A stretch of DNA of 22,398 bases, taken from the NCBI GenBank assembly GCA_040235515.1, contig JBECKX010000141.1:1-22398 (forward strand), read 5' to 3'. Positions 14,944-22,398 of this stretch are shown here, piece by piece; position 1 is the stretch's first letter, and every line of letters begins with the position of its first letter. Made by a program: the position numbers and the translations under genes. This stretch comes from Candidatus Zixiibacteriota bacterium. GTDB taxonomy: Bacteria; Zixibacteria; MSB-5A5; CAIYYT01. Under the pieces are notes generated by a model. The model did not search any database, was not told the origin of the DNA, and saw nothing but the letters and a program-made list of their open reading frames with translations.

Positions 14944-15648
14944 TCAGTCTGTTTGTAGCGAAAAAGGGGTGAAATCGGTGTCGCGGTCATAGTAATCCTC
15001 TGACTCCACGCGCTTGAGGAATCCGACGATTTTATAGGTAAAGGGAGTCGCGAGGGTTTCCCAGAGGACCTTGAGGACATAGTTACCCAGCATTACCGCA
15101 AAAACCTGTTCGTTGGTCCAGATGCCCCAGAACGCGAGCGGGTAGAAAATCGCCGAGTCGATGGCGGTGCCGATGATTGTTGAGCCGATGGTGCGGGTGA
15201 AGAGAAATTTGCCCCTGGTCCAGAGCTTCATCTTCGCCAGCACGAAGGAATTAGAGAATTCGCCCGCCCAGTAGGCGCTGATCGATGCGAGCACAATGCG
15301 CGGGGTGGTGCCGAATACGATTTCGTGCGCTTCCTGATTCGGCCAGCCTTCTGCGGGGGGGAGTGCCAGTACGACCCAGCTCATGAAAGAGGCGAATACC
15401 AGTGCGCCAAATCCGGCCCAGACAACCTTGCGCGCGCGGGCATAGCCGTACACCTCGGTAAGGATATCGCCGAAGAGATAGCTGATCGGGAAGAAGAGGA
15501 TCCCGGCGCCAAACTCCCAGCCGTAGAAGCTCCAGATTTTCGCCGGACCAATCAGGTTGGAGCAGAGCAACACCGTGACGAACAGCGCCATGATGAGGTC
15601 GTAGTATTTGTACTGGCGCGATTCGGTTGCAGCTCGCAACTCAGTCAT
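14944..15648 (-). CDS. yhhQ: Queuosine precursor transporter (YhhQ / VUT family)
   Basis: Multi-TM protein with SNLIG..K, FFPISYLFGDILTEVYGYARARKVVW.GF, PRIVLAS..AY.AGEF.NS.V..KMK, RTIGST..G..IDS.IF and YD.DTDFTPF. The start is 15648 or 15666 (uncertain). Confidence 0.92.
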   Translation of the reverse strand: MTELRAATESRQYKYYDLIMALFVTVLLCSNLIGPAKIWSFYGWEFGAGILFFPISYLFGDILTEVYGYARARKVVWAGFGALVFASFMSWVVLALPPAEGWPNQEAHEIVFGTTPRIVLASISAYWAGEFSNSFVLAKMKLWTRGKFLFTRTIGSTIIGTAIDSAIFYPLAFWGIWTNEQVFAVMLGNYVLKVLWETLATPFTYKIVGFLKRVESEDYYDRDTDFTPFSLQTD

Positions 15649-15799
15649 GCCGGATTCCGTGCGCATCTGTCGGGGTCAATATCAGCATGTCCAATAATAC
15701 GAGATCAGTAGTATCATCGAAACCATTTCCTGTGTGATTACGGAGATGATTCCAAAAACAGGTAGTGCAAATCAGTATCAGGGAGGATACAGTCCACAG

Positions 15800-17170
15800 T
15801 TACCTGGATGCCGCCTCCACCCGTTTGGAAGCTCGAAGAGCGATGGTTGTGCCGATAAGTGTTGTAAGCCCGGCGATCGCTGCGGTGACGACGTTTTCCG
15901 TTTCCGTCAGGTCGATATCCCCGGTGACCAGGTAACTGATGACCTTTGGCAGTATCGCTACGAGCAACGCATAAATGATAGGCGCGAGAAACACACCAAC
16001 ATTCTCCAGAATCCAGAGGAACAAGCGGAAACCGGCTGCGAGAGCGGTCGGCAGAATCAGACTACCTACGGCCAGGGTGATATATACCTGAAACCCACCG
16101 ACTCCATCAAGGCCATAGAAGAGCCAGTGAAGCAAGCAGGCGAAGCCGAGGATCGGCAACGATACGATTGCGTTGAAGAAGCTCACACAGATCACGCGCT
16201 GAAAGTATCTGCCTATCTGGCCCAGGAAACCTTTTTGGACGACGGTCTTTTTGGCGATCACTCTAACACCGGAGAATTTCTCAGCTTCTTCCGAGAACTC
16301 TACCACCAGTTCTGGTGGAACGGCCGTCTTGTTGAGAAACCCGTAGAGTGTAAGTTCAGTGATATTCACGGAGAAACTTGCGAATACATAAAGTGAGAGT
16401 ATGAAGATCGAGAACAGTCCGCTGTTGATGGTTGAAACGAGGGTGATATCACCCAGCGCGTAACGGGCAATGATATAGAGCATGACGAACTGAAACAGAA
16501 GGGTCAAGCGCCCGACATGGGCGGCCAGGGAGAGGAGTCGAAATATCAAGAAACGGGCTCCGTGATTTTCAATATCGATCATGTCCTTGAAAGTAGAGTT
16601 GCTGTCTCCATAAGTGAGCAGTTTTTCCCACACCGTTTCCCACGCCGCGTCTCCGTCCTCGGGAAGCTCCAGTTCCTGTCTCTCGACCAGTTCATCGAAT
16701 CGCTTTTCAAAAGCGCGCTTTGTAAGTTTGCTGTCGAACTCGTTGAACTCCTTCACCAATTCGGCATCCGAGCCGGAGAACTCGTATTTCATTAGTTTCG
16801 AACAATGCAACATGGTGAAGAACACCTTGCGTTGCAGTCCACCGAGTTTACCAAATACAGGTTCTCCGTTAACCAACTCCTCGACTGTCTTCAAAAGGCT
16901 CCATTTTGCGGCAACCCAGTCTATCACCAGGTAGAGAATGAAGAACACGACCACAAATATCGCGTCTATCCAGGCCGAGCCTGAGGCAGCGCGCGTCGGC
17001 ATGGTTACGATCCACGCCAGCAGGACCCCAACCAGAAGATTGACCAGGTAAATCCCAGGACTGGACAGCAGAAGAATATGTACTAAGCCATTGATTACCG
17101 TGACCACCTTTTCGGAGAGGGAACGCTCGGGAACAATCCCCAACTGTTCAATAAAACTTGCCTTTGACAT
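15800..17170 (-). CDS. Hypothetical multi-pass membrane protein (456 aa)
   Basis: Long ORF with several hydrophobic segments (N-terminal group, central pair, C-terminal group) separated by acidic soluble stretches. It has its own SD-like sequence and promoter. No family recognised. Confidence 0.7.
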   Translation of the reverse strand: MSKASFIEQLGIVPERSLSEKVVTVINGLVHILLLSSPGIYLVNLLVGVLLAWIVTMPTRAASGSAWIDAIFVVVFFILYLVIDWVAAKWSLLKTVEELVNGEPVFGKLGGLQRKVFFTMLHCSKLMKYEFSGSDAELVKEFNEFDSKLTKRAFEKRFDELVERQELELPEDGDAAWETVWEKLLTYGDSNSTFKDMIDIENHGARFLIFRLLSLAAHVGRLTLLFQFVMLYIIARYALGDITLVSTINSGLFSIFILSLYVFASFSVNITELTLYGFLNKTAVPPELVVEFSEEAEKFSGVRVIAKKTVVQKGFLGQIGRYFQRVICVSFFNAIVSLPILGFACLLHWLFYGLDGVGGFQVYITLAVGSLILPTALAAGFRLFLWILENVGVFLAPIIYALLVAILPKVISYLVTGDIDLTETENVVTAAIAGLTTLIGTTIALRASKRVEAASR

Positions 17171-17218
17171 GCGTAGCCTACCTTTTTGCCCAACTGCTTT
17201 TCTAAATCATAGGTACAC

Positions 17219-17247
17219 ATTATAGCACCCGATGTTCGATGTCACAA
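17219..17247 (-). promoter_or_regulatory. Sigma70 promoter (extended -10) of the 456-aa membrane protein
   Basis: Minus strand TTGTGA-17 nt-TATAAT with a TG extension (TGCTATAAT), about 50 nt upstream of the ATG. Confidence 0.65.
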
Positions 17248-17371
17248 TACCTTTATCGCCATTAGCCTGCTACCTGCGTTTCCGAAACGTGAATGTCTCA
17301 TCGTGTCTGACGGATCCGTTGCACGCTCATCTACCTGCGAATGGTTGAGTTCGCGCACCCCTCGATGCAGA

Positions 17372-19882
17372 TCAGGCCCCTATGCTCATACGCCACGCAT
17401 AGTCGGCAAACGCCATTATCGTTAGCTGCGGGTTGATCCGAATTGTAGTAGGAAAGACGCTCGCATCACAAACATAAAGGTTGTCGAAACCATGCACTCT
17501 GAACTTGCTATCCACCACGCCGCGGTCGGGGTCATCACTCATCGGGTTGCCGCCCTGCGGATGCGACGAACTCAGAATCACGTCATCACTTCCGCGAACC
17601 AGCGAATCAATGATCGAGTCGACCCGGCCATTCTCGAAGTCAGTTCGGGATATCGGATGATCGATCAGAGCTACCGGCAGAACCTGACTGGCACCGGCAG
17701 CGAAAAACACTTTCGTCAGCAACTTCATCCCCGAACGCAGGTTGTCAAAATCGCGGTCGGTTAGCCGCAGTTCAATCGGGCCGACCAGATTCGGAATTGG
17801 TGACCAGCCGGTGACTTCAGATTCATGGTCGGTGCCGATCAGGACACCGGCGTTCATGAACTTGTTGAAACGCTTCATGCGCTCGAAATGATTTTCATAC
17901 CAACCCGGCATGGTCATCGAGAAGCTCATCGGCGGGTAGAAGATCGACTCGAGGATAAAATCTCCTGCGTCGATGAAGGAGCCCATCTGCACACCGTCGT
18001 AGCCGTTGATATCGTCGTCGAACTCGGCGAACATCGGCGTAGCGGCGTTGAAGGAGAAGTGCTTTCCCAGCATTTTGTTGGAGATACCACTCTTCATGAG
18101 CAGCTTCGTGGAACCGATCGCACCACAGGCCACAACGACCCTGGAGGCATTGATCTTGATCTTCCGGCCGCCGAGCATTTCGCATTCTACAGAGGTCGCC
18201 TGCGAACCGTTGCGGTTGATTTTTCGGGCGTGGCAATGGACAATGATCTTCGCGCCGGCGTCTGCCGCATCGGGGAGGAAGGTCTCGAGCATCGAGAGCT
18301 TGCGGCCATACTTGCAACCGAAGTTACAGTAGCCACAGCCGATGCAGTTATCGAAGTTTTTGCGAAACAGTTGAGATGGGTAAGCCGGAATGCCGGCATC
18401 CGCCGCCCGCAAGTCGTTGAAGCCTTTCAGGAGTATCGTGGCATTGTTGCCGGCGAACTCCTGAGTCAGGCGCGAAACGCCGATTCGCTGTTCCACGCGG
18501 TTGTAGGATTCGCGCAGTTCGGTCTTGTCAATCGGGGCCTTGATGCCGGGATCGTTACTCCAGCGGTCGAGTAGCTGATCGCCCCAGGAACTGCCGAGAT
18601 CCGGGTCATCAAGTAGTCTGTAGCAGATCAGGTTATTGATTACCGTGGTTCCACCAAGGCACTTGCCTTGCAGGATTGTCATGTCAAAATCAACCGAGGA
18701 TTGCAGCCCGCCCTCCTTGTAGACGCGCGACGTCATGTGGCCTTCATGATGCTCCATCTCGCCCGGCATCAGCATGGGGCCCTCCTCGACCAGGATTACT
18801 TCCTTGCCGGCGGCCGCCGCACGAGCCGCGATTACCGCACCACCAGCTCCCGAACCAATGATACAGATATCGCAGTTGAGCTCATCCGCCGGAGGGACGT
18901 GCGGGGTGATTGCGGGGGTCGGCCTGGGAGTAAGGTCACCGCTCGAGTAGCGACTGCGCTCGGCAGGGGGAATGAAGCCGATTGCTTTCTGAACATCGGG
19001 ATCAGTGTAGTAGCCGGACGTGATCAGGACGCGCGTCCGGGAGAGATCGCGCAGCACGCACTGAAGCGGTGAATTCGAGTCTGAGTTGAACGCCCTGTCG
19101 AGAACCTCGCGGCGCTCAGCGACATTCAGTTTCGAAAACAGTTTGTCTTTGCCGGTGAGCTTCGGCAGGACCAACTCAATCGCATTGAGTATGCCTTTGA
19201 GTGACTGAGTCCGGTTCGAGCTGATGCCGGCTACCTGCGTGGAGATGTTCTCCGCGATCTGCGTTGGTGGCAGACTTGCAGCGGTGCCGTGGTAAAAGGC
19301 CTCGGCCAGCGATACCAGGATGCGGTGCTCATGATCCTCAAAGAAGCGGGCGCCGGCGCCGCGTTGGCTGGGGTTGTGGCGCTCCAATGCGAAGTAGCCC
19401 ATCTTGATGTTGCCAAGGAAGGTGCGCAAGTAGCTGATCCCCAGGAGCAGGTCGGTGTTGCCCGGTTCGGCGAAGACGAGGTAGTCGATCGTCTGCTGTA
19501 CGGGATTCCAGAACGGATACTGGTCCGACTTCTTGTAGTCGATCACGAGACCGTTGGCGTGTTTCGAGTTGCCGTCCATTCCAGCGCCGAATGTCTTGAA
19601 GGGATAATACTTGATCGGGCCGAGATCGTCGGACCTGGCGATCCAGGGCTCGGTTATCGCGTTTTGCTCGACCGGTACATTGTATCCCCACAGAAAGCCG
19701 TCGGCGGGACGACCGTAAAAGCCTTTCTTGAATTTGCGTGTCTGGGTGACGGTGGTCATCCAGTTGAAGTTGTAGCCGTTGAACTCGTAGCCGGCGACGT
19801 GTGCCAGCGCCGGTGTAGCGCCATGCTTCATGATTTCTGCGAGTTGTTTCTCACTGAGTGTGGAGATGCCGACGATATCCAT
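17372..19882 (-). CDS. GMC-family FAD oxidoreductase with a Cys cluster and two extra N-terminal domains
   Basis: DICIIGSGAGGA (FAD binding), G.CLGGTTVIN, CIGCGYCNFGC, VVVACGAIGS, SSHPQGG, VVD..FRVHGFDNLYVCDASVFPT and NPQLTIMA. About 335 aa precede the FAD motif. Confidence 0.9.
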   Translation of the reverse strand: MDIVGISTLSEKQLAEIMKHGATPALAHVAGYEFNGYNFNWMTTVTQTRKFKKGFYGRPADGFLWGYNVPVEQNAITEPWIARSDDLGPIKYYPFKTFGAGMDGNSKHANGLVIDYKKSDQYPFWNPVQQTIDYLVFAEPGNTDLLLGISYLRTFLGNIKMGYFALERHNPSQRGAGARFFEDHEHRILVSLAEAFYHGTAASLPPTQIAENISTQVAGISSNRTQSLKGILNAIELVLPKLTGKDKLFSKLNVAERREVLDRAFNSDSNSPLQCVLRDLSRTRVLITSGYYTDPDVQKAIGFIPPAERSRYSSGDLTPRPTPAITPHVPPADELNCDICIIGSGAGGAVIAARAAAAGKEVILVEEGPMLMPGEMEHHEGHMTSRVYKEGGLQSSVDFDMTILQGKCLGGTTVINNLICYRLLDDPDLGSSWGDQLLDRWSNDPGIKAPIDKTELRESYNRVEQRIGVSRLTQEFAGNNATILLKGFNDLRAADAGIPAYPSQLFRKNFDNCIGCGYCNFGCKYGRKLSMLETFLPDAADAGAKIIVHCHARKINRNGSQATSVECEMLGGRKIKINASRVVVACGAIGSTKLLMKSGISNKMLGKHFSFNAATPMFAEFDDDINGYDGVQMGSFIDAGDFILESIFYPPMSFSMTMPGWYENHFERMKRFNKFMNAGVLIGTDHESEVTGWSPIPNLVGPIELRLTDRDFDNLRSGMKLLTKVFFAAGASQVLPVALIDHPISRTDFENGRVDSIIDSLVRGSDDVILSSSHPQGGNPMSDDPDRGVVDSKFRVHGFDNLYVCDASVFPTTIRINPQLTIMAFADYAWRMSIGA

Positions 19883-20025
19883 GTTTAGCCCTCTTAATTC
19901 TGTGGCAGGAGATGTGCCCCGACCGTGTTAGCCTTTTACGCGATGATGGATCGATGTAGTCTTGTAGCTGGAATGTAGGCCCTGAAGCGAGCGATTGCAA
20001 GCTGCTTTTGTCGAAGCAGCGGTCT

Positions 20026-20475
20026 CTATAGATCGCCGCCGCGCCGCAGCCGCTGGTTGAGTTCCCAGAGTGCGACTTTATTACTGTCCCAGGTAAGTGT
20101 AAGATGGGCGCGGGTGAAGTTGAGCCAGGCGTAACGATCGTGTTCTTCGCTGAGGTGGATGTCGCGCGTGCCAACATCGACAGCGAAGGAATACTCGGGG
20201 ACGACGTAGAGATCGGCCGGCCAATGATCGGTTCCGCTGAATGCGGTGCGCGGGACCGAAGCGATTGAGTCGAGCTGGAAGAGGGTGACGCCGGCGCCGA
20301 TGCCGGTTTCTTCCTGCAACTCGCGTCGGGCGGTTTGCAGCGGAGTCTCCTCATCCTCGGCGCCGCCTGACACGAAGTGCCACATCGAGCCGGAAGCGCG
20401 GTGGAAGATGGCGAATTCAAGCTGGTCATCCACCACGCGGTAGGGGATGACTATGACCTGGAGTGGTTGGCGCAT
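20026..20475 (-). CDS. Nudix hydrolase (NudB/dATP pyrophosphohydrolase-like)
   Basis: Nudix box GGAEDEETPLQTARRELQEETGI, plus EYSFAV, LSEEH..Y.W and WDSNKVALWEL. Confidence 0.9.
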   Translation of the reverse strand: MRQPLQVIVIPYRVVDDQLEFAIFHRASGSMWHFVSGGAEDEETPLQTARRELQEETGIGAGVTLFQLDSIASVPRTAFSGTDHWPADLYVVPEYSFAVDVGTRDIHLSEEHDRYAWLNFTRAHLTLTWDSNKVALWELNQRLRRGGDL

Positions 20476-20554
20476 GCGTTCAACATGTCATAGTGCCGGG
20501 GAATAACCAACAAGAAATGGGCGGCTGTACCGATAGTTCCGAGCACAGACTACT

Positions 20555-21010
20555 TCATGATTCCGGTTGGTCCGGAATATCCGGCTCAACGAGCTGAATC
20601 AGCAGAGTCAGCGACTGTTGCCAGCCGAGGTAGCATGCCTCGGTCGGGATTTGTTCAGGGATACCGGTCTGTTCGATCTCGAGTTCGGTGCCGCAGGATA
20701 CCTGCTTCAGTTTGATGATAGCGTGCATTTCGCCGGACAGGTTCGGATCGTCGAATTTGTCGGAGTAACTGATCCGCTCATTCGGCACCAGTTCGTGGTA
20801 TGTCCCGCCGAAGGAGTGGCTTGAACCGGTGGAGAAGTTGGTGAAAGACATTTTGAACGTACCGCCAACCCGGGCATCCAGATGATGGACTTTACAGGTG
20901 AAGCCGTGAGGTGGCAGCCACTTGACGATGGCATCTGCATCGAGGAATGCCCGATACAGTTTTTCGGGAGTTGTACGCACCACTCGGTGCAATCGAACGG
21001 AGTTTGGCAT
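20555..21010 (-). CDS. SRPBCC (AHSA1-like) domain protein
   Basis: VRLHRV..TTPEKLYRAFLDADA..KWLPPHGF, DARVGG.FKMSF.NF, FGG.Y.ELVP, D.FDDPNL.GEM and CYLGWQQSL. The start is taken at ATG 21010 (MPNSVRLHR). Confidence 0.9.
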   Translation of the reverse strand: MPNSVRLHRVVRTTPEKLYRAFLDADAIVKWLPPHGFTCKVHHLDARVGGTFKMSFTNFSTGSSHSFGGTYHELVPNERISYSDKFDDPNLSGEMHAIIKLKQVSCGTELEIEQTGIPEQIPTEACYLGWQQSLTLLIQLVEPDIPDQPES

Positions 21011-21420
21011 AGGGGAATTCCTTAGCATCAATTTGATGATGTTTATCTCTATAGTACGCAGCAATCGTTAGGGCGCCGCAAGGGAAATTGGCTCCGGCGG
21101 GGCGGGAATGCGCAGTGTTTGAGATGATTGTGGAGAGATAGAGTTTAGAAGGAGAAGTCGGCTTTCTCGATGAATTGCCGCCCACCGACGTTTCGCGGCG
21201 GCAAGCTAGTTCTGTAGAGTTCCTCCGGCGTGAAGATGCCGCGGAGCAAGTGCCTGAAGACGTGCGATTGGTAGGGGAAGCTTGCGGTCTGAAGTTGTAA
21301 TTCTCGACGTCTTATCAGAGGGAAGCATCACGCTTTCATGTGAAAAACTTTGCAGCTATGAAGAAGTGCTCGCTGATCAGAAGGAGATAGAGATGGGTCT
21401 AACGACTACAACGAGCCTAA

Positions 21421-22260
21421 CTAGAGAGGGTAGAGGGTGAAGAACGCGGAATAGGTGCACCGAAGTCGGTTGGTGCCTCGATTATAGTCTGGATGTCGCA
21501 CCTCAAGATTCTTATATGCTATAGATTCTGAACTCGGTGTCCGCCGGTCGTGATTCGAAAGCGTCCACCGACCGTAGGACTTCTCTATGTAAAGCGAAAC
21601 CGTGGGGTTTCCTGTATAAGTTTCGTTGTTTGTCCATAATCCGAGTGTGAACTCCACTATAACAGCTTTAACCAGCGGACTTTTGGCCTTCACTTCTACG
21701 AGGTGATTCGGTTTGACAACCGATCTCTCGGAAATGCCTTTGGGGCCGATCGTTGTCCAAGGACTTCTCACTTCGCCGATACTGTCCTTGACTGGAAAAG
21801 TCTTAACATTGGTTTTAAACTGAATTTGTGCATCCAAAGGGTGATCCGGGTCCAAGTATGTGACTACGACAGAGTCCAGTGAGACGGAAAACAAGGAGTT
21901 GATCGAATTGGAGTGCCCAGGCATCGTGGAAGTGCTCCGATCTGAGCCAAAAGGAGTCTGCGATTCTGCACTAGTGTGGTTGACCAGTGAGTCCACTAGT
22001 GCGAATAGCAACTTTTGCTCCGTATTCACGCGCCTGAGACTGTCTGTGAGCGCACTAACGCGAGTCTCCATGTTTAACATGGAACTGTCGCTATCGGTTG
22101 TACCGATCCTCAGTGATGGCCCTTGACCATTATTTCCACCCCCACTTGCAATAGATTGAAGTGCATGATACGCACCAAAACCCAGTCCGAATGCCGTTAC
22201 AGACACACTTAGCAGCCAAATGATTGCGTTGTCTTCAATCTTCTTTTGAAAGGAATTCAT
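21421..22260 (-). CDS. Hypothetical membrane-anchored protein (279 aa)
   Basis: One N-terminal TM segment (IIWLLSVSVTAFGLGFGAY), a short coiled coil, a Ser/Thr-rich linker and a beta-rich C-terminal domain. The region is visibly more AT-rich than its neighbours. No family recognised. Confidence 0.65.
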   Translation of the reverse strand: MNSFQKKIEDNAIIWLLSVSVTAFGLGFGAYHALQSIASGGGNNGQGPSLRIGTTDSDSSMLNMETRVSALTDSLRRVNTEQKLLFALVDSLVNHTSAESQTPFGSDRSTSTMPGHSNSINSLFSVSLDSVVVTYLDPDHPLDAQIQFKTNVKTFPVKDSIGEVRSPWTTIGPKGISERSVVKPNHLVEVKAKSPLVKAVIVEFTLGLWTNNETYTGNPTVSLYIEKSYGRWTLSNHDRRTPSSESIAYKNLEVRHPDYNRGTNRLRCTYSAFFTLYPL

Positions 22261-22398
22261 GAATTCGTTGCGCCGCCTTTATATTTACTAAGCCGGAATA
22301 ACTCCTGGCTATTGATCAATTTTGACTAACAGAATGGATGTTTAAACAATACAAGAGAAAAAGGCAACTGTTTTCTTTCATTGATCACCCCTGGAGAC

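Noticed and set aside
15649..15799. preQ1 riboswitch upstream of yhhQ
   Set aside because: No preQ1-I stem-loop with the A-rich AAAAAACTA-type tail, or other preQ1 consensus, is visible on the minus strand.
21140..21330. Possible gene remnant on the minus strand (...SFPYQSHVFRHLLRGIFTPEELYR...FIEKADFSF*)
   Set aside because: No start codon or SD and no family recognised. It cannot be called a pseudogene without a tBLASTn hit.
21395..21423. Integron attC-like cores (GTCTAAC, GCCTAAC) next to the 279-aa gene stop; also GCCTAAC at 1314-1320
   Set aside because: The cores near 21420 are on the wrong strand relative to the gene, neither site has a matching GTTRRRY partner or L-box stem, and no integron integrase is present.
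1..22398. CRISPR array, IS element, prophage or rRNA
   Set aside because: No regularly spaced repeats, transposase, integrase, phage gene or rRNA signature was seen.

Overview
Bacterial chromosomal window, moderately GC-rich, with no mobile element or CRISPR array detected. The dockerin-tipped secreted protease suggests a Zixibacteria-like or related lineage, but this is inference only. Plus strand, left to right: the tail of a GAK-system operon (CofD-like protein and amphi-Trp protein), a large secreted M4 (thermolysin-like) protease with three Ig-like repeats and a C-terminal dockerin-like domain, a betaine-type ABC importer (ATPase plus permease-SBP fusion, EgtUV/Opu-like), a single-ORF EgtB-EgtD ergothioneine-biosynthesis fusion, and a LOG-family nucleotide hydrolase. 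Minus strand: a 4xPAS-LuxR one-component regulator, a DUF2071/YqjF protein, tRNA-His(GUG), the queuosine-precursor transporter YhhQ, an orphan membrane protein, a multi-domain GMC flavoprotein, a Nudix hydrolase, an SRPBCC protein and an orphan membrane-anchored protein. Best leads: (i) a compact ergothioneine synthesis-plus-uptake locus whose EgtB-EgtD fusion junction still looks like a two-gene boundary; (ii) a TRCGTA-N7-TRCGTA motif found three times around the PAS-LuxR gene, one copy upstream of an orphan sigma70-type promoter that points into a structured 540-bp intergenic region with no convincing ORF (candidate regulated sRNA).
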